A stretch of 64,000 nt of DNA from Heptranchias perlo (taxonomy: Eukaryota): assembly GCF_035084215.1 (NCBI RefSeq), contig NC_090357.1:1798001-1862000 (forward strand), given 5' to 3'. Below the pieces are notes generated by a model. The model was not told where the DNA came from and made no database searches. It saw only the letters and a list, made by a program, of their open reading frames with translations. Every line of letters begins with the position of its first letter. Positions within the stretch are counted from its first letter, which is position 1. Shown here piece after piece: positions 48,101-57,679 of this stretch. A program made the position numbers and the translations under genes.

Positions 48101-48227
48101 TGCCGCTGGTGCACACGCTGATGGCCGAGTCCCCGGGGCAGCGTGAATCCCTGCCCGGCTCCCCGGGCTCCTTCACCGGCTCCTTGTCGAAGAAAACGAA
48201 GCGTCTCCATTGCAGAAAGGCGGCCAT
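23964..48227 (-). CDS. VPS11: Vacuolar protein sorting 11 (HOPS/CORVET core subunit), 16 exons, 931 aa
   Basis: Exons 48080-48227, 46513-46661, 45109-45247, 44517-44680, 43104-43348, 41165-41366, 39224-39375, 38240-38426, 35746-35889, 33769-33966, 32928-33089, 29653-29792, 27739-27941, 26222-26393, 25468-25690, 23964-24131; 2796 nt, open frame. N-terminal [20 protein letters not shown]2 [25 protein letters not shown]...CPTC, C-terminal [13 protein letters not shown]. Confidence 0.97.
24498..25456. repeat. 34-bp CpG-rich minisatellite, about 28 copies
   Basis: Unit agcctcccgcgatagacacggccccgacgcccgg. Confidence 0.97.
25468..25690 (-). CDS. VPS11: VPS11 exon 15 (RING-H2)
   Basis: [12 protein letters not shown]...CGHSFHQHC...CPTC...KFQHQ. 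Confidence 0.96.
26222..26393 (-). CDS. VPS11: VPS11 exon 14
   Basis: [20 protein letters not shown]...EELKS, coiled-coil-like. Confidence 0.93.
27065..27584. mobile_element. hAT-Charlie-like non-autonomous DNA transposon remnant
   Basis: Begins cagcgttgtccaat...ccactggctacat...atgtggcta and ends ggggtccc...aaaaatttggaaaccac..ctg; no clear target-site duplication. Confidence 0.45.
27739..27941 (-). CDS. VPS11: VPS11 exon 13
   Basis: YQQIMHYHM...[10 protein letters not shown]...MPPLL. Confidence 0.95.
28050..28500 (-). mobile_element. Deu-domain SINE
   Basis: Full-length copy similar to 3447-3882. Confidence 0.85.
28715..29265 (+). mobile_element. L2 LINE 3' fragment
   Basis: [14 protein letters not shown]...[10 protein letters not shown]...LHWLP, typical of the L2 ORF2 C-terminus; tail aggtgctatataaatgcaa. 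Confidence 0.85.
29653..29792 (-). CDS. VPS11: VPS11 exon 12
   Basis: AKKRLQEDA...[25 protein letters not shown]. Confidence 0.94.
29991..32175 (-). mobile_element. Young CR1 LINE, 5'-truncated, with an uninterrupted RT frame
   Basis: ORF 30190-32214 with complete RT motifs and no endonuclease domain; near-identical to the copy at 690-2128. Confidence 0.95.
32176..32605 (-). mobile_element. CR1 3' fragment
   Basis: [16 protein letters not shown]...TRGH peptide and 3' UTR. Confidence 0.88.
32928..33089 (-). CDS. VPS11: VPS11 exon 11
   Basis: [13 protein letters not shown]...[19 protein letters not shown]. Confidence 0.94.
33134..33720 (+). mobile_element. CR1 3' fragment
   Basis: ORF2 C-terminal remnants ([11 protein letters not shown]...TRGHRFK) and 3' UTR. 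Confidence 0.9.
33769..33966 (-). CDS. VPS11: VPS11 exon 10
   Basis: [14 protein letters not shown]...LCTDYRP...EDK. Confidence 0.94.
35064..35678 (-). mobile_element. CR1 3' fragment
   Basis: [11 protein letters not shown]...LGLYSLE peptide. Confidence 0.85.
35746..35889 (-). CDS. VPS11: VPS11 exon 9
   Basis: [22 protein letters not shown]...[13 protein letters not shown]. Confidence 0.94.
35982..36200 (-). mobile_element. Deu-domain SINE, 3' half
   Basis: Matches the 3' half of the other copies. Confidence 0.75.
36590..37730 (-). mobile_element. Old CR1 remnant interrupted by an L2 3' fragment (37061-37315)
   Basis: Degenerate ORF2 peptides on both sides ([10 protein letters not shown]; GLTCEERL...GDIIEAFK). 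Confidence 0.75.
38240..38426 (-). CDS. VPS11: VPS11 exon 8
   Basis: [20 protein letters not shown]...[10 protein letters not shown]...EFIK. Confidence 0.95.
38583..38606. repeat. G24 homopolymer
   Basis: Seen directly in the sequence. Confidence 0.9.
39224..39375 (-). CDS. VPS11: VPS11 exon 7
   Basis: [16 protein letters not shown]...AIQQYI. Confidence 0.95.
39462..39912 (+). mobile_element. Deu-domain SINE
   Basis: Full-length copy in + orientation. Confidence 0.85.
40005..40285. repeat. Pyrimidine-rich GC low-complexity repeat (CCCGCT/CCT)n
   Basis: Seen directly in the sequence. Confidence 0.9.
40694..40995 (-). mobile_element. SINE sharing its 3' end with the LINE at 49620
   Basis: ttgccctgagaaggtggtggtg end plus a body also seen at 48395-48740 and 51480-51730. 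Confidence 0.65.
41165..41366 (-). CDS. VPS11: VPS11 exon 6
   Basis: [16 protein letters not shown]...LAEWGSLY...[11 protein letters not shown]. Confidence 0.94.
42160..42746 (+). mobile_element. CR1 3' fragment
   Basis: [17 protein letters not shown]...; ttctatgattctat tail. Confidence 0.92.
42791..42916. repeat. Two copies of a 63-bp satellite unit
   Basis: tactctgtatctaaccctgt...gggagtgtttgatgggacagtgtagagggagctt, twice. Confidence 0.85.
43104..43348 (-). CDS. VPS11: VPS11 exon 5
   Basis: [10 protein letters not shown]...[12 protein letters not shown]...WYRGYL. Confidence 0.94.
43375..43840 (-). mobile_element. Deu-domain SINE
   Basis: Full-length copy. Confidence 0.85.
44517..44680 (-). 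CDS. VPS11: VPS11 exon 4
   Basis: [18 protein letters not shown]...TTENVK. Confidence 0.95.
45109..45247 (-). CDS. VPS11: VPS11 exon 3
   Basis: [10 protein letters not shown]...NYMAI. Confidence 0.95.
45525..46130 (+). mobile_element. L2 3' fragment
   Basis: [22 protein letters not shown] peptide and tail. Confidence 0.8.
46513..46661 (-). CDS. VPS11: VPS11 exon 2
   Basis: AC acceptor; (D)IEGNIW...EDEPGINPL; gtgagt donor. Confidence 0.94.
46662..48079 (-). other. U12-type AT-AC intron (VPS11 intron 1)
   Basis: 5' ATATCCTT, branch site TTCCTTAAC (46672-46680), 3' CAC; joins G|AT to give Asp in frame. Confidence 0.93.
47050..47502 (+). mobile_element. CR1 3' fragment inside the U12 intron
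   Basis: Same 3' UTR motifs as the other CR1 copies. Confidence 0.82.
48080..48227 (-). CDS. VPS11: VPS11 exon 1
   Basis: [16 protein letters not shown]...GSVVLG, followed by the ATATCCTT U12 donor. Confidence 0.95.
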
Positions 48228-48235
48228 CTTGCACC

Positions 48236-48282
48236 GTCACATGACCAACACACGTGACCATGAGTTGCCTGTGTCATATGAC
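48236..48282. promoter_or_regulatory. Cluster of CLEAR-type E-boxes (GTCACATGAC, CACGTGAC, GTCATATGAC)
   Basis: Three motifs resembling GTCACGTGAC within 55 nt upstream of the VPS11 ATG. Confidence 0.72.
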
Positions 48283-48739
48283 CCTCCTTAAAGGGACCGC
48301 ACTCCCCTGGTTGTGGTCGCCTGAATGGCCAAAGTCTTTCTACAAGACAGCCCCCAATGAGCTTGTTTAAACTGCGCTGAGTGAGTTTTAAAATTAATTG
48401 CCCAAGATGTGGGTGTCGCTGCCAAGGCCTTTATGTGACTCCAGTCCCACACCAATGTGATTGATCCTTAATTGTATCGCTAGCTGCCCTGAGAAGGTGG
48501 CGGCGGTGGTGGCGGAGGCGGAGGTGGAGATGGCGGTGGAGGTGGAGGTTGAGGAGGTGGTGGTGGCGGTGATGGGCCTTCTCCTTTGAACTGCTGGTAA
48601 TGGTTTGCTACAACTGAGTGGTTTGCTCGGCCACTTCAGAGGGCAGTTAAGAGTCAACCACGTTGGTGTGGGACTGGAGTCACATATAGGGCAGATGGGT
48701 AAAGACGACAGGTTTCCTTCCCTGAAGGACATTAGTGAA

Positions 48740-48905
48740 ATCCTGGAACTCCCTTCCTAACAGCACTGTGGGAGAACCTTCACCACACGGACTGCAGTGG
48801 TTCAAGAAGGCGGCTCACCACCACCTTCTCGAGGGCAATTAGGGATGGGCAATAAATGCCAGCCTCGCCAGCGACGCCCACATCCCATGAATGAATAAAA
48901 AAAAG
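48740..48905 (+). mobile_element. 3' end of the same LINE family as 49620-51130, in opposite orientation
   Basis: Reverse complement of about 49620-49790; ends in gaataaaaaaaa. Confidence 0.85.
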
Positions 48906-49619
48906 TTGTGTTTTTTCCACAATATGACCGCTTCATGCTCACTTTTACAGACTTTATATTTCTAGAATTTAAAAAAAATTGAATTCAAACCTGCAAACTT
49001 CCATGGTGGCATTTGAACTCATGTTCTCTGGTTTACTAGTCCAGTAACATTACGACACTATCATACCCATTAAAGAAATAGTTCCTGAATGTAAGGGCAT
49101 TGCAATATTATGAAAAAACACATCAAGTTGAGTATATCCATGAAGAGGATTTCCACATTTTTGCCAATCTTATGTTGCTATTTTCCCTCTCCCAGTTTCT
49201 GAGGCTCCTCTTCCTGCATAGTCAGTTTTGAGAGATGGCCGTCCTTGCTGCCCCCGCCCCCCAGTTACATGTGTCATTTGATGATTATGAGCCAGCTTCT
49301 TCTTTGGAGGGAGGAAAGTGTAGCATAGGGACTTGTCCCATACGAGCACACATATGCTATGATGATGAGGAGCACGTGCTTGTCCCTTGAAGACAAGCAG
49401 AGGCCTCCGTGGCAGGCAGCATAAGTTGACAGTGGTTAGTTTAGATGGTGCTCAAATGTTTTGAGATATTTGCTTGTAAATTAGTAAGTTTCCCTGGGAT
49501 TGGGGTGCTGAGAAAGAGCATGAGGCAGAGTGAGTGCAGGCAGTACACAGGGTAGGTGATGTGTATTGGGTGTGGGGTCTTCATGCAGTAAGAAGACCAA
49601 GTCAAAATATTGATCGCAA

Positions 49620-51130
49620 CTTTTTTTTATTTGATCATGGGATGTGGGCGTCGCTGGCGAGGCCAGCATTTATTACCCATCCCTAATTGCCCTTGAGAAG
49701 GTGGTGGTGAGCCGCCTTCTTGAACCGCTGCAGTCTGTGTGGTGAAGGTTCTCCCACAGTGCTGTTAGGAAGGGAGTTCTAGGATTTTGACCCAGCGACG
49801 ACGAAGGAACGGTGAAATATTTCCAAGTCGGGATGGTGTGTGACGTAGAGGGGAACGTGCAGGTGTTGTTCCCATGTGCCTGCTGCTCTTGTCCTTCTAG
49901 GTGGTAGAGGTCGCGGGTTTGGGAGGTGCTGTCGAAGAAACCTCGGTGAGCTGCTGCAGTGCATCGTGTGGATGGTACACACTGCAACCACGGTGCACCA
50001 GTGGTGAAGGGAGTGAATGTTTAGGGGATGGGGTGCCAATCATGCATTGTCCTGGATGGTGTTGAATTTCTTGAGTGTTGTTGGAGCTGCTCTTGTAGCC
50101 ACAGTATTTATGTGGCTGGTCCAGTTAAGTTTCTGGTGACCCCCAGGATGTTGATGGTGGGGGATTCAGTGATGGTAATGCCGTTGAATATCAAGGGGAG
50201 GTGTTTGGACTCTCTCTTGTTGGAGACGGTCATTGCTTGGCATTTGACTGGTGTGAATCTTACTTGCCACTTATAAGCCCAAGCCCGGATGTTGTCCAGA
50301 TCTTGCTGCATGCAGGCACGTACTGCTTCATTACCTGAGGGTTTGCGAATGGAACTGAACACTGTGCAATCATCAACAAACATCCCCATTTCTGACCTTA
50401 TGATGGAGGGAAGGTTATTGATGAAGCAGCTGAAGATGGTTGGGCCTAGGACACTGCCCTGAGGAACTCCTGCAGCAATGTCCTGGGGCTGAGATGATTG
50501 GCCTCCAACACCCACTATCATCTTCCTTTGTGCTAGATATGACTCCAGCCACTGGAGAATTTTCCCCAATTCCCATTAACTTCAATTTTACCAGGGCTCC
50601 TTGGTGCCACACTTGGTCAAATGCTGCCTTGATGTTAAGGGCAGTCACTCTCACCTCAGCTCTGTAATTCAGCTTTTTTGTCTATGTTTAGACCATGGCT
50701 GTAACGAGATCTGGAGCTGAGTGGTCCTGGCGGAACCCAAACTGAGCATCGGTGAGCAGGTTATTGGTAAGTGCCGCTTGATAGCACTATCGACAACACC
50801 TTCCATTACTTTGCTGATGATTTGAGAGTAGACTGGTAATTGGCCGGATTGGATTTGTCCTGCTTTTTGTGGACAGGACATACCTGGGCAATTTTCTACA
50901 TTGTCGGGTAGATGTCAGTGTTGTAGCTGTACTGGAACAGTTTGGCTAGAGGCACAGCTAGTTCTGGAGCACAAGTCATCAGCACTACAGGCGGGATGTT
51001 GTCAGGGCCCATAGCTTTTGCTGTACCCAGTGCACTCAGCCGTTTCTTGATATCACGTGGAATGAATCGAATTGGCTGAAGACTGGCTTCTGTGATGGTG
51101 GAGATATCGGGAGGCCGAGATGGATCATCT
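49620..51130 (-). mobile_element. Degraded LINE of a second CR1/L2-group family
   Basis: RT fragments [42 protein letters not shown]; distinct 3' end with an A tail. Confidence 0.88.
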
Positions 51131-54100
51131 ACTGCCACTCAGATGCCAAGCTGATCTCTCAAATGTTCAGCTCCTTAGTAACACAAATGCCAGGTGAAGT
51201 GGCACACATAGGCCAGTCTCAGCCTTGGCTCATTGGTAGCACCCTTGCCCCATCTCAGAAGATTGTGGGTTCAAGCCCCACTCCAGACTTGAGCACATAA
51301 TCTAGGCTGACCGAGGGGAGTGCTGCAGCCCTATAGAGATGTTAAACCAAGGCTCCATCTGCCCTCTCGAGTGGACATATAAGATCCCATGTATTATCAG
51401 AGCTTTCACTGACAAAATATTTTGGTAAACAAGATATAATTTTAAAAATTGGTTCTCAGAAAGTGGCCGCATGAGGTGGTGGCTGTGGGCCTTCAGATGT
51501 GATTGTATTTACAACTAAGTGGCCACTTCAGAAACATTAAAGTCAGCCACCCGTACACAAGACTGTGCAGGGGTGGCAGGTTCCCTTGCCCCAAGTACAG
51601 TAATGAACCAGTTGGGTTTTTACAGTAGCTTTCGGGTAACAGCCCACAAATTTTATTGAATCAATTTCATAACTTACCCTGGTGGGATTTGAACTCTCAA
51701 CCTATGGGTTTCTAGTCCAGTAGCATAACCAATCACAACTCATTGCCTATAACCTCCAAACTATATGAGAACATTTAAGCAGCTCTGAGTAACTGCAACT
51801 ATTACCAGTTATTGTGGTTTAGCAGATAGGATGAGTGGCTGTGGTGAGTTTGTATGTATGGGTTTATACATCAACAGCAACTTGAGCTAATTCGCAAATA
51901 ACAATCAGACAGAAGCTTGCTGCTCAATAACTAAAGGACCCTGTGCTGTGTGTGAAATCCAACCTGTTAACCAGAGCTTCAGACCCAATAACCAGGTTCC
52001 AGCTTTGCACTATTGAAAGTCCCTTAAAACAAGTCAAGGTTCAGCTGAACGATGGAAACATTTTCAGTTTGTGACATGTCCTTGTAGTTGAAGCCAGGCA
52101 AACCAAAAAGGTGCAAGGTTAAACTAACCAAAACTTTTAAAGTCTGAATTTGGGCAGATGCATTGCACCTGCTAAAAAGGATATATACAGCAAATAGCCC
52201 AGGCAGTACAGTCTGCAGACCAAGCGTATCCCAGGCCTCCACTGTGTAACTCTCACTAGCTATGTACGTGACCCAGGCAGATCTGAAATCATTGCTCTGT
52301 TTTGGCCCCTGTAGTCCAGCTGCAGTTTTGAATGCAGTGATGCTGAGTGAGCCTTTTCCCACTGTCGTGGCAACATTAAAAAACTCAAAATAATTGCACA
52401 CTTGCTTCAGGTATTTAGAAAAGCTTTATATTTAAATTGCTCTGCAGGTCACTGGACAAAATACAATTCCAATCGGTGTATCAATCATCTTCGGTGTCCG
52501 ACTCTTAATAACGTGGCATTAATGAACGAATAAACGAGGTCATTTAAATCAGTTTTGCGTTCAAAATGTCCAAACCATTAGCAGCAGCTGTCGAATGCAT
52601 TCAAAGCGTTTCCAGCAAAAATCTAAAATGGATAAGATGTCTCGCTCTGGCCTACGGCCTCTGCCTCCGAACCACTCCCAGTCATTAAAACATTGTTTAT
52701 ACAACATAAAAGGTCTATGGAGACCATGAACCGAGAATTCTGGAGCAGTTTTAAGCAACTCTTGCAAAAGACCAGTTATATTAGTTTTTTTTTAAATCTT
52801 GAATTTTAGCAACACAGGCCCAGGTCAGGTTTCTCATTGGGCTGGAGAAGGGTTTCCTTTTGGTGGTGTATTCCTGCCTCGTTAACTCTGGCTGAGTTAC
52901 TTGGGTTATATAAGTAAACTAACCCCTTCTCCAGCTGGGGTTTCTGGCCCTGGGAGTCTCCAAAGTGACAACTCCTTCAGAGGGATCCACAGTGATGGGG
53001 AGGGGGCAGGTGACTGCCTTGCTCTGTTCATTTCCCCACCTCATAAGGCAGAGCTGGTGTTAAAAGCAATAAAAGTCTCAGCCCCCACCCTCTTTAATAC
53101 AAACTATTTTTACATCCACACACCATTTGAATGAAGCATCAAGCTACCCACCACCCGCCATCCTTTACTGCTGCTGGTGTAGCAGACGGGGTACACGGAT
53201 GATCAAAGCTTGGGATGGACTCGATGCAGGAGACTGGAGGCACAGACCCAGAATCAAGCGAGAGACAGTACGATGCTGTAATGGAGGACAGGGACTAAAA
53301 GACGACGGTCGGTTGTTTTGGACGGGAGAGGTAGATGGGCCGTGTTTGCCCATCTGTCAGAGGGAGGTTAACCAACGCAGACAAGTCTCTTGTTCTCACT
53401 CTGCTGGTCACACCTATCGCCCATTAGGATTGAGATGTGTTCACATATACAGGTGTAGAGAATGAAGAGCAAAAGGACACAGCGCAGCAAAAGCCCATTA
53501 CTCTCAAGTAGAGATGCTGTGAATGATAGTTTTAACACAGCACTACTCTCGCTGCCTGGATGTGGTTACCAGAGGCATTAATTGCCCCCCAGAAAAAAGA
53601 TACACACAATTCATCCTTCCTCATTTTGGTGAAAATTTAAAAATAAACCAACTTCACGAACTAGACAAGCGGTAAATCAAACCCAGAGCGGGAGTCAAAA
53701 CATGAGATTCTCAACCTCCAAGTGCTGGAGTTTATGACGGGACTAGTCACAGACTGGGAGAGCTATCACACAAAGGGAGATTTCAAGTTTACCCAAAGAA
53801 TGGAATCCATGAGAACGAGGATGCGAGTGATACTGAGGAGAAAGAACTGAAACACAAACATTAAATTCAATAGGGACAGTTCAAAATCACCCAGCCCATG
53901 AGTGACTCGGGATTTGCGGGGGGGGACCACACTATCCATGTGGCTGGCTGATCATCTTTCAATTTTGATGGTCAGGGGAAGGGGATGGGGAATAACATTT
54001 ATCCCCTTCACGCTTATTGCAGTTTCAAACAAAAAGGTGTCCCTTGCACTAAAACTGGTGCAATGCCCAACTCAGGCCCTCAGACTCAGACACACACCCA

Positions 54101-57100
54101 CCCAATGCAGGCACATTAATTCCCAGAAGTTGCACTGTCACATGCTACATGACAGAGCCCTCAGCCCAGACACTAACCACGCAATCCTCACCCAAGCAGA
54201 AAGTCTTTGGTCTAAAGTCATGGAACATGGGAAAATACATTATTGGAATAGATTGCAATCCATTGCACCAGTCTGAAAACTAACACTCACTCCCTCAAAT
54301 ATCAATCCAGTTCACCCTGAGTGCAGGGATCTATCTTCCAACCACTGGTGGCAGCGCCTCAATCTCTTCCATCATCCGTAATCGCAGGAGATGCAAGACG
54401 ACGACGACATTTATTAACAGACACGACGCAGAGGATAAATCACAGTGAAGGCACAAGTGCTGGCATTAGACTAATCTTATAAAGTTGACAGTAAAACTAG
54501 TCCACAGGGCACAGACAATTCCTACAGAGAACACCAGGGAACAACAGAGGTAGAACCAGTGTCTTGATTCATGGTAAGAGACTGTCGTATCAGCTCCATC
54601 TCTCAATGATGGAGTAAAGTAGCAGCTTGAGGATGAGATCAGCACAAGCTGCATGTCCAGGACTCCCGTACGGGAGCACGCTATTAGCCCTAAATATCTC
54701 TGTACTCTGTTGATGGGGACAGAGCGCAGGGGCTGGTTTTCTGAGTCGGTTGCTTCAAGGAGGCTCTCATGGTAAAGCTGAAGCCCATTTAATGGCAGGT
54801 ACTAGTTACTGAATTATCATTTTAGGTAATTGCCAACTGGATTGATGACTCCACAGGTGAGTCACAGAGCCTACGGCAGAAATAACTCAGCCCCAAAACA
54901 GTAGACACAAGAACTTGCACTGGTCTCAGTAGAGGGTACAGAACACAGGTTAATGAGCAGATGATTAAACATCTGACAATATCTTATGCGAGGGCCAGGA
55001 GGACAGGGATGCCACACTGGAAGAATGCAGGATCCACTAAAGACAAACAAAAGTTTCTGGCAGACAACACCAATGTCACACGTCTTCTGAGCTTAGCTAT
55101 GAACAGAAGGCACAGCATGTAATCAGCCACAGAAAAATCATCAACATTTTATTGGGGAGAGGGAACAATAGTGTAGATAAACATAACTGGTAGGGAGACG
55201 AGGGGTGTCATGATGAGTCTGGTTATTTTTGAGGGCTTGTATGTGCACAAATAGCCCCTGTTCTGACTGCAGACTGTACATTAGACATCAGTTACAGGCC
55301 AGTGACCAGAAGCACAAGTAGTAAACCAATCCTAATTCTACGTCGACTCCCTACATTCAGTTATACCTCACAGCAGGTCCACCAGCTGCTGGCCGGAGCT
55401 CGTTATTAGAAGGAATTTTAAATTTTATTTTTTGAAATTATACATTCAAAAAACACCTCCTAGAGCAGGGGGAAAAAAAACACAATAATCTAACCTACAA
55501 CACAGTACTAAAGCCACTGACCGTCAATAAGTGAAAGTACAGTCCAAACCACTGTAGTGGTCATCTGTGCGTCTGGTGAGATTAGCTCCCAGCCCATCAG
55601 CTTGGAAAAGGAGAGCGGGGTTTTGGGTGGGGGGGAAATAGGAGACACACCCATATTTTAAACATTCAGTCAGTCGGACAACATGTTTCACTATTGTTAA
55701 ACTGGAATACGGTCTCCAATCAATGTGTCCTTCAGCAATTTAGATGCAGGTAAAGTTTTCCTTCAGTCTTTAATGTCAGTTGCAGGTTCAACACTTAGCA
55801 CTGGGAAAAGCTGCCCCTTGCATGTGGACACTCAAAAAAACCAAATTAAATACAAAACACACACACAGCACACTGCAGGCCAGACTAGAAGCAGCAACCT
55901 TATGCCCCGCTGCCTGATTGGTAACTGCTCTCAGTTAGCACAGGGCAGAAATCTGGCATGGAGCGTAAAATAGGGAGAAATCGTACCACTCTGCAGTCAC
56001 ATTTAATATCTAACGGACGTCAAGTGGTTAACAGCTCACTATACCAGAGGCAGCCAGCTCTAAAAATCGCACATGTGGCAGTCACCTCAGAGCAGCAGCT
56101 TCTCAACACCATAGAGCGAGTGAGGGCTTTTAGAGTTCCATTCTTCTAACTCGTTTTAAGGAAAATAAAATTAAAGTTTACAACAAGCAGGGTCAATAAT
56201 TCGAGGACCGGTGTGTTATCTGCAGAGCAGCAAATAGACCAGAGTTCATCTCTAGGGGCTTCACCAGAAACTGCGAAATTGAAGCAATTTGTCAAAAATC
56301 ATCTTACCACCGAACATTCCTGAACCCACTCCAGCCTGTGATTTCCTACAAACCCCAAGGAGCCCAATATCCCCCCACCCCCAACGGAGCCCAATATCCC
56401 CCCAACCCCCAGGCACAGCACAGCCAGAGTTTGCAAGAGTGGTTTTATTCCAAGTTTTTAAGCAAGTTTTTTTTTAAAAAAGCTTTGAGGACGGAAGCCC
56501 CAGTGATCGATTCTAAAGCCCCCAATGCACCACACAACATCAACTGGAGTTAGAATCAGGGGAACAGCAGACCCTGTACATTAGACAGGATCTAACTTAT
56601 TCTAACAGCAAGGGTCAGAGAGCAAACACTTCAAACTCTGCCTCTGACCTGTACCCTTTCCATCAAGGTTGCAGAGCAGTTATCAAATTCACGGAGTTGT
56701 TCATCATTCAGGATTAATCTGGTGTCTTTTGCCCCTCAATGTTGCAAGAGTATTCACAGAAAGTAGTTCCACATGAAACCCGACTGGTCGGAACACAATA
56801 ACCACTCACCGGCTCCAATCTCAGCTGCATCAGGTGGATACCAGCTCTCCCTGCATCTCAATTGGGGGGAGGGAGGCGGGAAGGAGATGATAGGAGGGGA
56901 TGTCCTACACCTCAGACCCCCTCTGGTGGTTGGCTATGAGAGCACGCTTGCAGCAGCCTGGGTCACACTCAGCTGCAAACAGCAGGCCAGCTTTACAAGG
57001 AAGCTGCCCCACATTCACCTCCACACATCATGTGCATATAGCTGATGACTGGACCCACTAAGGCAGGAGGCTCCGCTGTGTTATAAGGTGATGCGCACCC

Positions 57101-57620
57101 CCCCACATTAATGGCTCACAGACTGTGCGAGTTTAGGGCCCATTAACTTATTTTAAAACTGCGTATGCAGCTCTGAAATAGGCTCCAGCGCTCTTCGTTT
57201 TAGATTCAACAAATGCAACACCCACCCCCAACCGACAATTTAAAGCAAAATTAACGTACTTCAATTCAGTGCAAAAAGTTCCCTCACAACCATTTAAAAA
57301 GAGGGGGCAGAAGAGACAAATGGAACGTGAACAAAAACACTTGGCTTCCAATAACTCAGGAAGTTTTTAAATCCCTTTGAACATTAACATCCTTCCTGCA
57401 AACACTGCCTCCTGCTGGTCACTAAATGCGGCTTGAACTGTACCTGGTGTTACGAGAAACTCTCCAACAAAGCCCATCACAGGGAAATCCAGTTTCTTTT
57501 GTTTTTTTAAAAAAAGGAAATGTACACCTCTGCTCATCGTTCTGTTAAATTATGGCAAAGTGGTCCATTACATAAAAAGTAATGTAATATAAATAGAGCT
57601 GGTGCAGGACCCAGGAGGGG

Positions 57621-57679
57621 TTACAGTTCGTCTGGAGGATGCTTGTCTGAGTTGCTTTCTAGTTTCTTCTCAGCTATAC
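57621..57679 (-). CDS. HYOU1: HYOU1 last exon (GIAEKKLESNSDKHPPDEL*)
   Basis: ttttccag acceptor, KDEL-like terminus, TAA stop. Confidence 0.9.

Larger units (their letters stand above)
47570..48320. promoter_or_regulatory. CpG island over the VPS11 promoter, exon 1 and start of intron 1
   Basis: High GC and CpG content. Confidence 0.8.
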
